Source: a candidate division WOR-3 bacterium
GTDB taxonomy: Bacteria; Hydrothermota; Tepidihabitantia; Tepidihabitantales; JAOUPE01
NCBI GenBank assembly: GCA_039801565.1
Contig: JBDRUX010000043.1
Span: 1 to 19,453, forward strand
Direction: 5' to 3'
Length of the DNA: 19,453 nt
This document shows, one piece after another, positions 1 to 7,782 of the stretch. The position numbers and the translations under genes are program-made. The notes below the pieces were generated by a model. The model was not told the DNA's origin and did not search any database. It saw nothing but the letters and a program-made list of their open reading frames with translations. Position 1 is the stretch's first letter, and each line of letters starts with the position of its first letter.

Positions 1-236
1 GGGTCACGATTTGGGTCAGAGTAGACGTGGAATTGTTTAAGCTCTTTTAAGTCTAATCCAGTCTCCTCTTTGGCTTCGCGGATTGCTGCGTTTTCAACCG
101 TTTCACCGTAGTCAACAAAACCGCCAGGTAAAGCCCAGCCAAAAGGCGGGTTTTTTCTTTTGATTAAAACAATTTTGCCATCGTAATCAATTATGATGTC
201 AACAGTAAGATTAGGTGATTTTCTTTGCTTGGGCAT
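1..236 (-). CDS. NUDIX hydrolase (ADP-ribose pyrophosphatase/MutT-like), 5' part only; runs off the window start
   Basis: Not in the ORF track; translated by hand from ATG at 236: [78 protein letters not shown]. It contains a complete Nudix box GX5EX7REUXEEXGU. Confidence 0.93.
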   Translation of the reverse strand, partial: MPKQRKSPNLTVDIIIDYDGKIVLIKRKNPPFGWALPGGFVDYGETVENAAIREAKEETGLDLKELKQFHVYSDPNRD

Positions 237-240
237 CGTT

Positions 241-268
241 AATAAAAAGGCGGTGCAAAGCACCGCCT
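241..268 (-). terminator. Rho-independent terminator downstream of the C25 protease gene
   Basis: Perfect 9-bp inverted repeat AGGCGGTGC (248-256) / GCACCGCCT (260-268) with a 3-nt loop. On the minus strand it is followed by a T-rich tail (TTTTATT) and lies ~10 nt after the stop at 278. Confidence 0.8.
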
Positions 269-277
269 AATTTTCTC

Positions 278-3200
278 TTATTCCAATCGCACCAATTTCT
301 TCCGATATTTTACCGAAGGGATTTCGAGTTCAAAGAAGTAAATTCCAGAAGCAACCTTTCGTCCCAAATTATCTCTACCATCCCAATTGAAAGAATAAGT
401 TCCAAGTTTTGCACAATGATTGAGTAAGCTATAAATCATCTTACCTGTTGCATCATAAATTCTCAATTTTACCTCTCCCCTACCGCTAATTTGGTAACGA
501 ATCTTAAGTTCGTTGCGAAATGGGATAGGCTGAATGGAGAAGCTTGGGTTTATGGCGACTATCTTGGTAATGTCTTCAATTCCATACCATTGCCGAGTCG
601 TATATTTTATCGCTTTACCCGGCACAAAAGGCGCACAACCCCGATGCAGGGTATCATTGAATAAGGCACAGATTGCAATCTGATTAGTGGGGTCTTCGAT
701 GCCAACCGTGCTTGAGTTCCAACGATTCGCGGCCATATAATTCACAACTATCTCATTATTGCCATCCTCAGGAGCTAAGGTCGTATCGTAGATGACAATT
801 TCAAACTTATCCATAATTGATGTTGCGCCAAAATAAGGTACACTATCATATTCAATGATGAAACGGTGATTTGCTGCGTCATGATAATAATAAACTCCGC
901 CAACACCGCTATTGTTTGGTAGTAAATCGTCCCAATTGGCACAGACCATTCCATTCGGATTGGAGGTGTTGGAGTCGGGAATTCGACGGTTCGAGTAAGC
1001 ATTGGCAGTCTGATAACCAGGGGCAATCCAACCATTGGAGCAGATTGAGAGTTCCGTATAGCGCTGGTTATAGAACTTCCAGGGTCCGAAACCCGTCGGC
1101 AATGTGATTTGAACCGTCTGGTCATCGGATAGTGTCAATCGCGTGCCAATCGTATTGATTTCTACCCATTCGTAGGTCGGATGTTGGGGATAAAAACTAT
1201 CAACATCGTCATAGCCATAATACAGGGGCGGTTGACGGGGCCCATCTGGAATTGGGTCGGTTGCGGTAATTCCACCTACCATTATCGTAAACGAACTGAC
1301 TGCGCTATAACCATTCGCTGCGGTGATATGAAGGGTGCAGGGGATATTAGTCTCAGGCGGAATAGACCAAGAAGCGGTAACGACGAAGCGGTCTTGATTG
1401 TTATTGCCGACACTGTCAGCCAAGATTGTGCCAAAACTGCCAATCGAATCAACAATCGTCAATCGGGCATCACCCGAACGCAAAACTGCCGAGACATTAT
1501 AGGCATTGCCCAGTCCCCGATTGCATAGCGAAACAATCATTTGTCCAGTTTCACCGGGGTCGAGTCTACCGTTCGGACGATATTGTCCGGAATCGTTAAC
1601 AAAATTTCCCACATAGTTTAGAATCGGTGCGCCCACTGGAACAGAAATGAAAGAAGTCCAGGAAGAGTCTTGGGCATCAACGCAAGTTAAAGTGAAGCGA
1701 AGGATATAACCATTGGTGCAAGCCAAAGCTACGGAAAACTTAAAACCATCTGCCACATAACCCGAATCACCAGCCAAAATATTGCCATAGGATTTAAAGG
1801 AATCAGTAATCACTATGTTCGGGTCAGTGGTTCGAAGCCAAGTCCGTAGATTATTTGCCGTAGCACTACCCCAATTTTTTACCCAGACCGGCATCGTAAC
1901 ATTCTCCCCAGGATTCACAATTCCATCGCCATTACCACCTGGCGCCGTGTCAATAATGGAATGGCGAAGATAGACAACATAAGGTCCTGATGCCGGTAAC
2001 ACCAATAGATGACCAAGATAAGGCGCAAGGTTATGTCCGGTTACTGTGATGGATATGGTATCAGGCATAGTAGTAGTTAAAGTCAATGTCACTTGGCCTG
2101 CGGCATTGGTATAACCAACTTCGTGCACCATCGTATCGGTCCTTCCTAAGGCACAGACTAAGGCATTAGGCACTGGTGTACCGCCATCATTAACCGTAAT
2201 CGTCACCGGTATCGTGCCAATTGAAACTACCGCCGGATGAGAAACCTGAATGTTATGGGGAATATCTGAATAGACATCAATTGCCCCGTCGCCCATCACA
2301 TTATACATCTCCAAATAACGCCGGGTTGTGCTTGATGGTCCCATCTGCTGATAGAAAATAATCTTTGCCTTGTTTACCATTCCCATCACCCAGTAAAGAC
2401 TGGAATCGAATCCACAATCGTATAGCCTTCGTTGTAAGGTATCGTCTTCGGTCCAATAAGAGGTAACTGATGAAGCCATATGAGCAATTGCCCCCCGAAA
2501 ACCAACTCTTATCCAAGCTTCGGAAAAACATTCGGGATAACTTGAATTGGCATAATCTCCGGAAAGGCAGGCAAAGGTGCCAACAAATGGAACCTTATCA
2601 ATATTAGTTAGTAGTCTAACATCGTCATTAGTGAAATCAGGGTCGGACCATTCTTGATAATAACCATGTCCGGAATACATCACCCAAGACCGACCGTCAT
2701 TAATCGCTGTAGTAATTGGTGTGCCTGTGCCGTAATAAAGCCAGATTGAATCACAAATCATTCCATAGCGTCGGGCAACTGCCATACAGTAACGATGGGT
2801 TCCTTCAGCAACTTGATGATTGCCGCCATCACTGGAAGCAATAAAATAACCTTTCTTTGTCCACTCGGTTCCGGATAGCCACTGGTTCTTTTCATATTTT
2901 ATCGTCTTTAACACTAAGCTGTCTAACTGATAAGAATTGGCTACCGAATAACGACTTACATAAATATCCGGCAAATAATCCGGTGTGGTCATTAAGGCGA
3001 AATTCAAATCGGTATGGGGACTACCTTGTCCTTGACCATTAAAGTAACCGATTCTATCCACATCACCAATTAGTAACACAAAGGTTGGTGGAATTGGCCA
3101 ATTATTATAGGCATCAAGGATATAGTTGCGCACCACTTCGGCTGAACCACCACCAACCTGGCTCAAATTCCGAACAAAAACCTCATAACCCTTCTTTTTT

Positions 3201-3931
3201 CGCCATTGGGCAAGCGGTTGGATATTGGCTTCCCATTCGTTAGGTGTAATGATTAACATACCAACTGGTAAATCCGGTGGTGGGTCAATGGCAAAGGCAC
3301 CGTAGTTCTTAATGATTCCGGAAAGCATTGACTCAAATGGTTTAGAATAGTAGCGTCGAAGATAAGCGATAGTCTTTGCCAGGTTCGAACCCGAAAGATT
3401 CAAACGAATTGTCTGTTGCTGATTGAATTCGATTAAATTCTGCTTTGGATTATAACGGACCGGACAAATCTCTAAGACTGCTAACCGGTGACCACGAATC
3501 TCAACGATCTCAGCAATCCTTGCTCGCGCTTCAGGAAACCAGAGGTCTTGAACATAGAATTTCTCATCAATTGTAAATTCTGGTTTTGGCCCGGTCTTTG
3601 GAATCGGCGGTTGTTTTGGATAGAGAGGATAATTTAAGGTTAAAGTCGTCTCTTTTAGGACTGTTACTCCAACCGAAATCACAGCCCCTTGCGGTATCTC
3701 AATAAATTCACGAATAATCGGCAGTTCGGGCAAACCAATTTCCGTTGAAACCCCTGACTCATAAATATTCACCCGGCTAAAAATTCTACCCTTAACCGTA
3801 ATTTCTGAGGTCGCAATGGAACGAAAATCGGTCCTAAGTTCAATTTTATTCGGCTGAGAAGTTATAACTGAGACATTGGAAGAGCCAAAAACTATTGCTA
3901 AGGGAATTAAACCAAACAAAAATTTTCTCAT
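278..3931 (-). CDS. Secreted gingipain-like cysteine peptidase, family C25: signal peptide, C25 propeptide, catalytic domain, Ig-like domains, C-terminal FlgD-Ig/T9SS-like domain
   Basis: Start moved to ATG 3931 (MRKFLFGLIPLAIVF, signal-like), which has SD GGAGGA at 3935-3940; 1217 aa. Propeptide motif G-LPELP; FVLLIGD; catalytic His (YSGHG) and Cys (TFACLSG); YNVMGD; C-terminal IYDATGK...WDGRDNLGRKVASGIYF. Confidence 0.9.
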   Translation of the reverse strand: MRKFLFGLIPLAIVFGSSNVSVITSQPNKIELRTDFRSIATSEITVKGRIFSRVNIYESGVSTEIGLPELPIIREFIEIPQGAVISVGVTVLKETTLTLNYPLYPKQPPIPKTGPKPEFTIDEKFYVQDLWFPEARARIAEIVEIRGHRLAVLEICPVRYNPKQNLIEFNQQQTIRLNLSGSNLAKTIAYLRRYYSKPFESMLSGIIKNYGAFAIDPPPDLPVGMLIITPNEWEANIQPLAQWRKKKGYEVFVRNLSQVGGGSAEVVRNYILDAYNNWPIPPTFVLLIGDVDRIGYFNGQGQGSPHTDLNFALMTTPDYLPDIYVSRYSVANSYQLDSLVLKTIKYEKNQWLSGTEWTKKGYFIASSDGGNHQVAEGTHRYCMAVARRYGMICDSIWLYYGTGTPITTAINDGRSWVMYSGHGYYQEWSDPDFTNDDVRLLTNIDKVPFVGTFACLSGDYANSSYPECFSEAWIRVGFRGAIAHMASSVTSYWTEDDTLQRRLYDCGFDSSLYWVMGMVNKAKIIFYQQMGPSSTTRRYLEMYNVMGDGAIDVYSDIPHNIQVSHPAVVSIGTIPVTITVNDGGTPVPNALVCALGRTDTMVHEVGYTNAAGQVTLTLTTTMPDTISITVTGHNLAPYLGHLLVLPASGPYVVYLRHSIIDTAPGGNGDGIVNPGENVTMPVWVKNWGSATANNLRTWLRTTDPNIVITDSFKSYGNILAGDSGYVADGFKFSVALACTNGYILRFTLTCVDAQDSSWTSFISVPVGAPILNYVGNFVNDSGQYRPNGRLDPGETGQMIVSLCNRGLGNAYNVSAVLRSGDARLTIVDSIGSFGTILADSVGNNNQDRFVVTASWSIPPETNIPCTLHITAANGYSAVSSFTIMVGGITATDPIPDGPRQPPLYYGYDDVDSFYPQHPTYEWVEINTIGTRLTLSDDQTVQITLPTGFGPWKFYNQRYTELSICSNGWIAPGYQTANAYSNRRIPDSNTSNPNGMVCANWDDLLPNNSGVGGVYYYHDAANHRFIIEYDSVPYFGATSIMDKFEIVIYDTTLAPEDGNNEIVVNYMAANRWNSSTVGIEDPTNQIAICALFNDTLHRGCAPFVPGKAIKYTTRQWYGIEDITKIVAINPSFSIQPIPFRNELKIRYQISGRGEVKLRIYDATGKMIYSLLNHCAKLGTYSFNWDGRDNLGRKVASGIYFFELEIPSVKYRKKLVRLE

Positions 3932-3968
3932 TAATCCTCCCTTTCTCATATATATTTTAATCTTTATC

Positions 3969-3997
3969 ATTATAGTCAAATCTTAGTATTAAGTCAA
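3969..3997 (-). promoter_or_regulatory. sigma70-type promoter for the C25 protease
   Basis: On the minus strand TTGACT (3997-3992), 17-bp spacer, TATAAT (3974-3969), 37 nt upstream of the ATG. Confidence 0.8.
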
Positions 3998-4009
3998 TGC
4001 CACTGGTGG

Positions 4010-5200
4010 TTAAGTTCGTTTGGTCATTAGGAAAAATGGGATTGCTATTAACTGCACAATTACCGAAAATATAATAAGCAAAAGGATTGACCGGTCATAA
4101 AGCATACCCATTAGGGCACTGCCCAAAAACCAAAAAAGACCGTAACCGGCATTAAAGACCCCATAAGCTGAACCCCGTTTATCAATTGGAATCATATTGG
4201 CAATAGCCGCTCGCATTATTGACTCTTGAGCTCCCATCCCAATGCCCCATAATAGAATTCCCAAAAGTGCTGGGAAAAATCTACCCAAAAAGACTAGTGG
4301 CGCAAAGAAGGAAGATATTAAAGTTGCAAAAATCAATACGGATAAACCTTTCCGGTCGAATAAATGACCAAAAAGCAGAGCCGATAGGGCATCAATTCCC
4401 ATTGCCAGGGCATAGAAGATGGGAATCCAGTTATCCGAGCTAATTGCAACTTTTTTGAAGTGAAAGGCGATTAATGGAAAATCAACATAGCCAGCTGCCA
4501 CAAGTGCTACTGCCCCGAGGTACAGCCAAAATCCTTTTGGTAAACCTTTGGTCTCGATTGTAACCCGACTCATTTCCAAGTCCTTTGGTTTTGGATAAAG
4601 GTACCTTGCGATGAAAAGAACCGTCAAAGCCAAAAGAGCCGGAATTAGTAGGATACCAAAACTAATTTTGTAACCGCCTTTAAGAAATAGCACAATTGCA
4701 ACAATGACCGGACCGAGCATTGCGCCGATTTGGTCCATCGCTTCGTGTAATCCGAAGCCCCAACCGCGTCCGACCTCTTTTGTGGCATAGGATAACATCG
4801 CATCCCGACTTGGTGTTCGGATTGCCTTACCAATTCGTTCGGAGATAATTAAGAAACCAGCAATTTCCCATCTTCCTGCCAATGCCAAAAGCGGCACTGC
4901 CAGAAGATTGACCGTATAACCAAGAATTGTCATTAACCAATAACGACCGGTCTTATCACTGAGATAACCAAAAAACAACCGTAAGGTATAGCCGACCAAT
5001 TCGCCCATTCCCGCAATAATTCCGACCGCAGTGCCCGTTGCTCCTAATAGCGCTAAATAAGGACCGGTGATACTGCGTGCCCCTTCATAAGTGATATCGG
5101 CGAAAAGACTAACGATTCCTAAAAGAAGAATAAATTTTAAAACTCGGTTTTTTGACCGATTTGAGCTTTGTCCAGTCAAATTCGCAATACTTTTATTCAA
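4010..5200 (-). CDS. Major facilitator superfamily transporter (12 TM)
   Basis: Multiple hydrophobic helices, MFS motif A in both halves (GYLSDKTGR; GHLFDRKG), ERIGKAIRTPSRDA. The TTG start is uncertain. Confidence 0.9.
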   Translation of the reverse strand: MNKSIANLTGQSSNRSKNRVLKFILLLGIVSLFADITYEGARSITGPYLALLGATGTAVGIIAGMGELVGYTLRLFFGYLSDKTGRYWLMTILGYTVNLLAVPLLALAGRWEIAGFLIISERIGKAIRTPSRDAMLSYATKEVGRGWGFGLHEAMDQIGAMLGPVIVAIVLFLKGGYKISFGILLIPALLALTVLFIARYLYPKPKDLEMSRVTIETKGLPKGFWLYLGAVALVAAGYVDFPLIAFHFKKVAISSDNWIPIFYALAMGIDALSALLFGHLFDRKGLSVLIFATLISSFFAPLVFLGRFFPALLGILLWGIGMGAQESIMRAAIANMIPIDKRGSAYGVFNAGYGLFWFLGSALMGMLYDRSILLLIIFSVIVQLIAIPFFLMTKRT

Positions 5201-5230
5201 TCGGCCCTTGGCAAAAATAATTCAAGTTGT

Positions 5231-5809
5231 TCAATTTTGCTCAATTCGCTGCCGGCAGTTTTTACAGAACCGATAGCCTTTTCGATCCGTATCGCTTAAA
5301 CTATTAGAGAAGAACATTACGCATTTCGGGTTAGAACAATGATTGAGTCCAAAGATATGGCCTAATTCGTGAACCGCTTCGGTCAATGCCCGTTTTTGAA
5401 AAAGTTCTCGATTTGGTTTTAAACCGTAGTATTCTTGGCGCAATCGGGTTAAAGAAATAATTGCCTTTCGTTCAACTAAATTTGCTTGTCCAAAGATAAA
5501 ATTTAATCCTTCGACATAAAGGTCAACATCAATCACGCCTAAGACAATTCCATTGGGCTTTTTCATTGGCAATTGCTTCATAATCAAAGGCGAATAATAC
5601 TGGTCACGGTCCTCATTGTAAGCCGATGAGTCAACCACGATTGCACTATCAATAGTAACCGGCATTTTAAACATTCGCTTTAGTTCGCTATCAAGAAAAT
5701 TTAAGATAGTAGTATCCGAAATTGTGCCAATTGGAATAATTGTTATTGTTGCCAATTTTGGACTGAGCATAAATAAGCAAAAACTAAAGATTAGATTTTG
5801 TACTATCAC
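5231..5809 (-). CDS. Archaemetzincin family Zn metalloprotease (peptidase M54)
   Basis: HELGHIFGLNHCSNPKCVM...FCKNC matches HEXXHXXGXXHC-X4-CXM...CXXC. AYNEDRDQY and DLYVEGLNFIFG are also typical. Alternative start ATG at 5770. Confidence 0.92.
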   Translation of the reverse strand: MIVQNLIFSFCLFMLSPKLATITIIPIGTISDTTILNFLDSELKRMFKMPVTIDSAIVVDSSAYNEDRDQYYSPLIMKQLPMKKPNGIVLGVIDVDLYVEGLNFIFGQANLVERKAIISLTRLRQEYYGLKPNRELFQKRALTEAVHELGHIFGLNHCSNPKCVMFFSNSLSDTDRKGYRFCKNCRQRIEQN

Positions 5810-6578
5810 TTCTTAACTCAATTCCCCTTTTCGATTTAGCTATGAAATCGAGGATAATTTTTAAATCTTCGGTCATTGATAAGTTCTTTTTGATTTCTTT
5901 AAGTGCCTGAGATAGATTTAACTTTGAGTGGTAAATCAGCCGGTAAATTTTTTTTAAATCAGTAATCCGTTCCGCAGCGAAGCGATTTCTTCTTAAGCCG
6001 ACCAGGTTCAACCCCCGTACCAAAAATGGGTTGCCCTGCCCCAAGTGATAAGGTAGTAAGTCTTTGGTTAGATAAGAGCAAGCCCCGACCATTGCCAGTT
6101 GACCAATTCGCACATATTGATGAACCCCAACCATCCCACCGAGATTGGCAAAGTCTTCGACCTCAACATAACCTGCCAACTGGCAACCATTGGTAATTAT
6201 TGTATTATTGCCGATTTGGCAATTGTGACCGATGTGGACATATGCCATTATGAAATTATCATCGCCGATTTTTGTAATTTTATTCTTCCCAGTAGCTCGG
6301 TGGATCGTGGTATATTCACCGATGACATTTCTTTTGCCAATCACAACTTTGGTTTTTTCGCCTTGATATTTGAGGTCGAATGGTTCCTGACCGATGATTA
6401 CGCCGGGGCCAATCTCACAACCATCACCGATGATAACATTAGAATTAATAAAAGCAAATGGTCCAATTTTGACGTCGTCACCGATTTCCGTTTGGTCAGA
6501 AATTATTGCGAATGGTCCGACTCGGACGTTTTTGCCCAAAAGGGCGGTTTTCGCAATAACTGCTGATTCGGCAATCAT
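5784..6578 (-). CDS. lpxA: Acyl-ACP--UDP-N-acetylglucosamine O-acyltransferase
   Basis: Hexapeptide left-handed beta-helix, DLKYQGE, TIHRAT, HIGHNC, VHQY, GLNLVGLRR; directly after fabZ with an ATGA overlap. Confidence 0.93.
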   Translation of the reverse strand: MIAESAVIAKTALLGKNVRVGPFAIISDQTEIGDDVKIGPFAFINSNVIIGDGCEIGPGVIIGQEPFDLKYQGEKTKVVIGKRNVIGEYTTIHRATGKNKITKIGDDNFIMAYVHIGHNCQIGNNTIITNGCQLAGYVEVEDFANLGGMVGVHQYVRIGQLAMVGACSYLTKDLLPYHLGQGNPFLVRGLNLVGLRRNRFAAERITDLKKIYRLIYHSKLNLSQALKEIKKNLSMTEDLKIILDFIAKSKRGIELRSDSTKSNL

Positions 6579-7003
6579 TTTTTATCAAAGAATCCTAAGA
6601 GCAGTTCGCCTTCGCAAGCCAGTTTATCATTAGCATAAACCTTTCCGCTCACCTTGCAAATATTTTCTCTTTTACTCAATAATTCGCCAATAATTTTTAT
6701 GGTAGCGCCGGGTTGGACTTGTTGTCGGAATCGCACTTTGTCAATACCTAAAAATAAAGTAAGCTTACCTATTGCCTCGGGTGCCTGTTTTAAGACCAAA
6801 ATGCCGGCGGTTTGCGCCATCGCCTCAACCAATAAAACTCCAGGCATTAAAGGATAATTGGGAAAATGGCCCATAAAGAAATCTTCCTGACCGGTGATTC
6901 GCTTTAGCGCTTCAATTCGATTCCCTTCGATTTTTGTTACCTCATCAACAAATAAAAATGGTTCACGGTGAGGTAAAATCTTTTTAATTTCTGATAGGTT
7001 CAT
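6575..7003 (-). CDS. fabZ: 3-hydroxyacyl-ACP dehydratase
   Basis: LPHREPFLFVD, GHFPNYPLMPGVLLVEAMAQ, FRQQVQPG. Confidence 0.96.
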   Translation of the reverse strand: MNLSEIKKILPHREPFLFVDEVTKIEGNRIEALKRITGQEDFFMGHFPNYPLMPGVLLVEAMAQTAGILVLKQAPEAIGKLTLFLGIDKVRFRQQVQPGATIKIIGELLSKRENICKVSGKVYANDKLACEGELLLGFFDKK

Positions 7004-7782
7004 AAAAATAACTCCAATCTACGACAAAACTTTTGATTTAGCTGATGACTAGGCTTAAAGGCAAATATTTCGGCATTCAGCCGACAATTTAAAAGAGCAA
7101 GGTGTCCAAGCAGGTCTAAAACCTTGTGACAAACTGGTTCAGCACGTTGGCGTAACACCTTCGGTAAAATAATGCCATTCTCGTTTTGGAGCGAAAAGGG
7201 TAAAAATTGGCTTAACAATAGCTCGTTTTGATATTGACCAAAGGTACGCGCCGGTGCCAACACTTTTTGAAAATTTATCGAATTAATCTTGTCGCCCCAA
7301 AACTGGCAACCAATCCTTCGTTGCGGAAAGTGAATAAAACAATTGATTGACAATGATTGGCCGGGTAAGGCTAAAATGAATGAACTGTTAACACTAACAA
7401 TTATTGGGATTTTAAGACTTAAGGTTTTTGCCAATACCTTATAATTTTTTATCCCAGCCCGTTGCATTAAACGAACAAAAGGCAAAGCACTACCATCCCC
7501 AAACGACACCTCTTTACCCAAAACTGAAACCAATAAATTATCAATTCCCAGTCCGTAACAAGCAGCTAAGAGATGTTCAACGCCGTAGATTCGGGTCGGA
7601 CCATCTTTCAGTCCTAAAGAATGTCGGTAAATGAAACTATTTTTATTTATTGCGCGAATCTTTTCATTAAAGACTATACCGGTGTTCGGTGGTGCTGGTC
7701 GTAAGATAACTTTTGTCGAATTGCCAAATAGGAGACCAATCCCTTGGAATGCTATTGAACTCTTAATCGTCTTTTGATGCAT
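7000..7782 (-). CDS. lpxC: UDP-3-O-acyl-N-acetylglucosamine deacetylase (short, divergent)
   Basis: N-terminal QKTI...GIGL, VEHLLAACYGLGIDNL, DGSA, APARTFG, HKVLD zinc motif, SHQLN; located between lpxD and fabZ. Confidence 0.88.
   Translation of the reverse strand: MHQKTIKSSIAFQGIGLLFGNSTKVILRPAPPNTGIVFNEKIRAINKNSFIYRHSLGLKDGPTRIYGVEHLLAACYGLGIDNLLVSVLGKEVSFGDGSALPFVRLMQRAGIKNYKVLAKTLSLKIPIIVSVNSSFILALPGQSLSINCFIHFPQRRIGCQFWGDKINSINFQKVLAPARTFGQYQNELLLSQFLPFSLQNENGIILPKVLRQRAEPVCHKVLDLLGHLALLNCRLNAEIFAFKPSHQLNQKFCRRLELFL

Noticed and set aside
3932..3979. ORF-track N-terminal extension of the C25 protease (TTG 3979)
   Set aside because: It overlaps the predicted -10 box; the SD and signal peptide point to ATG 3931.
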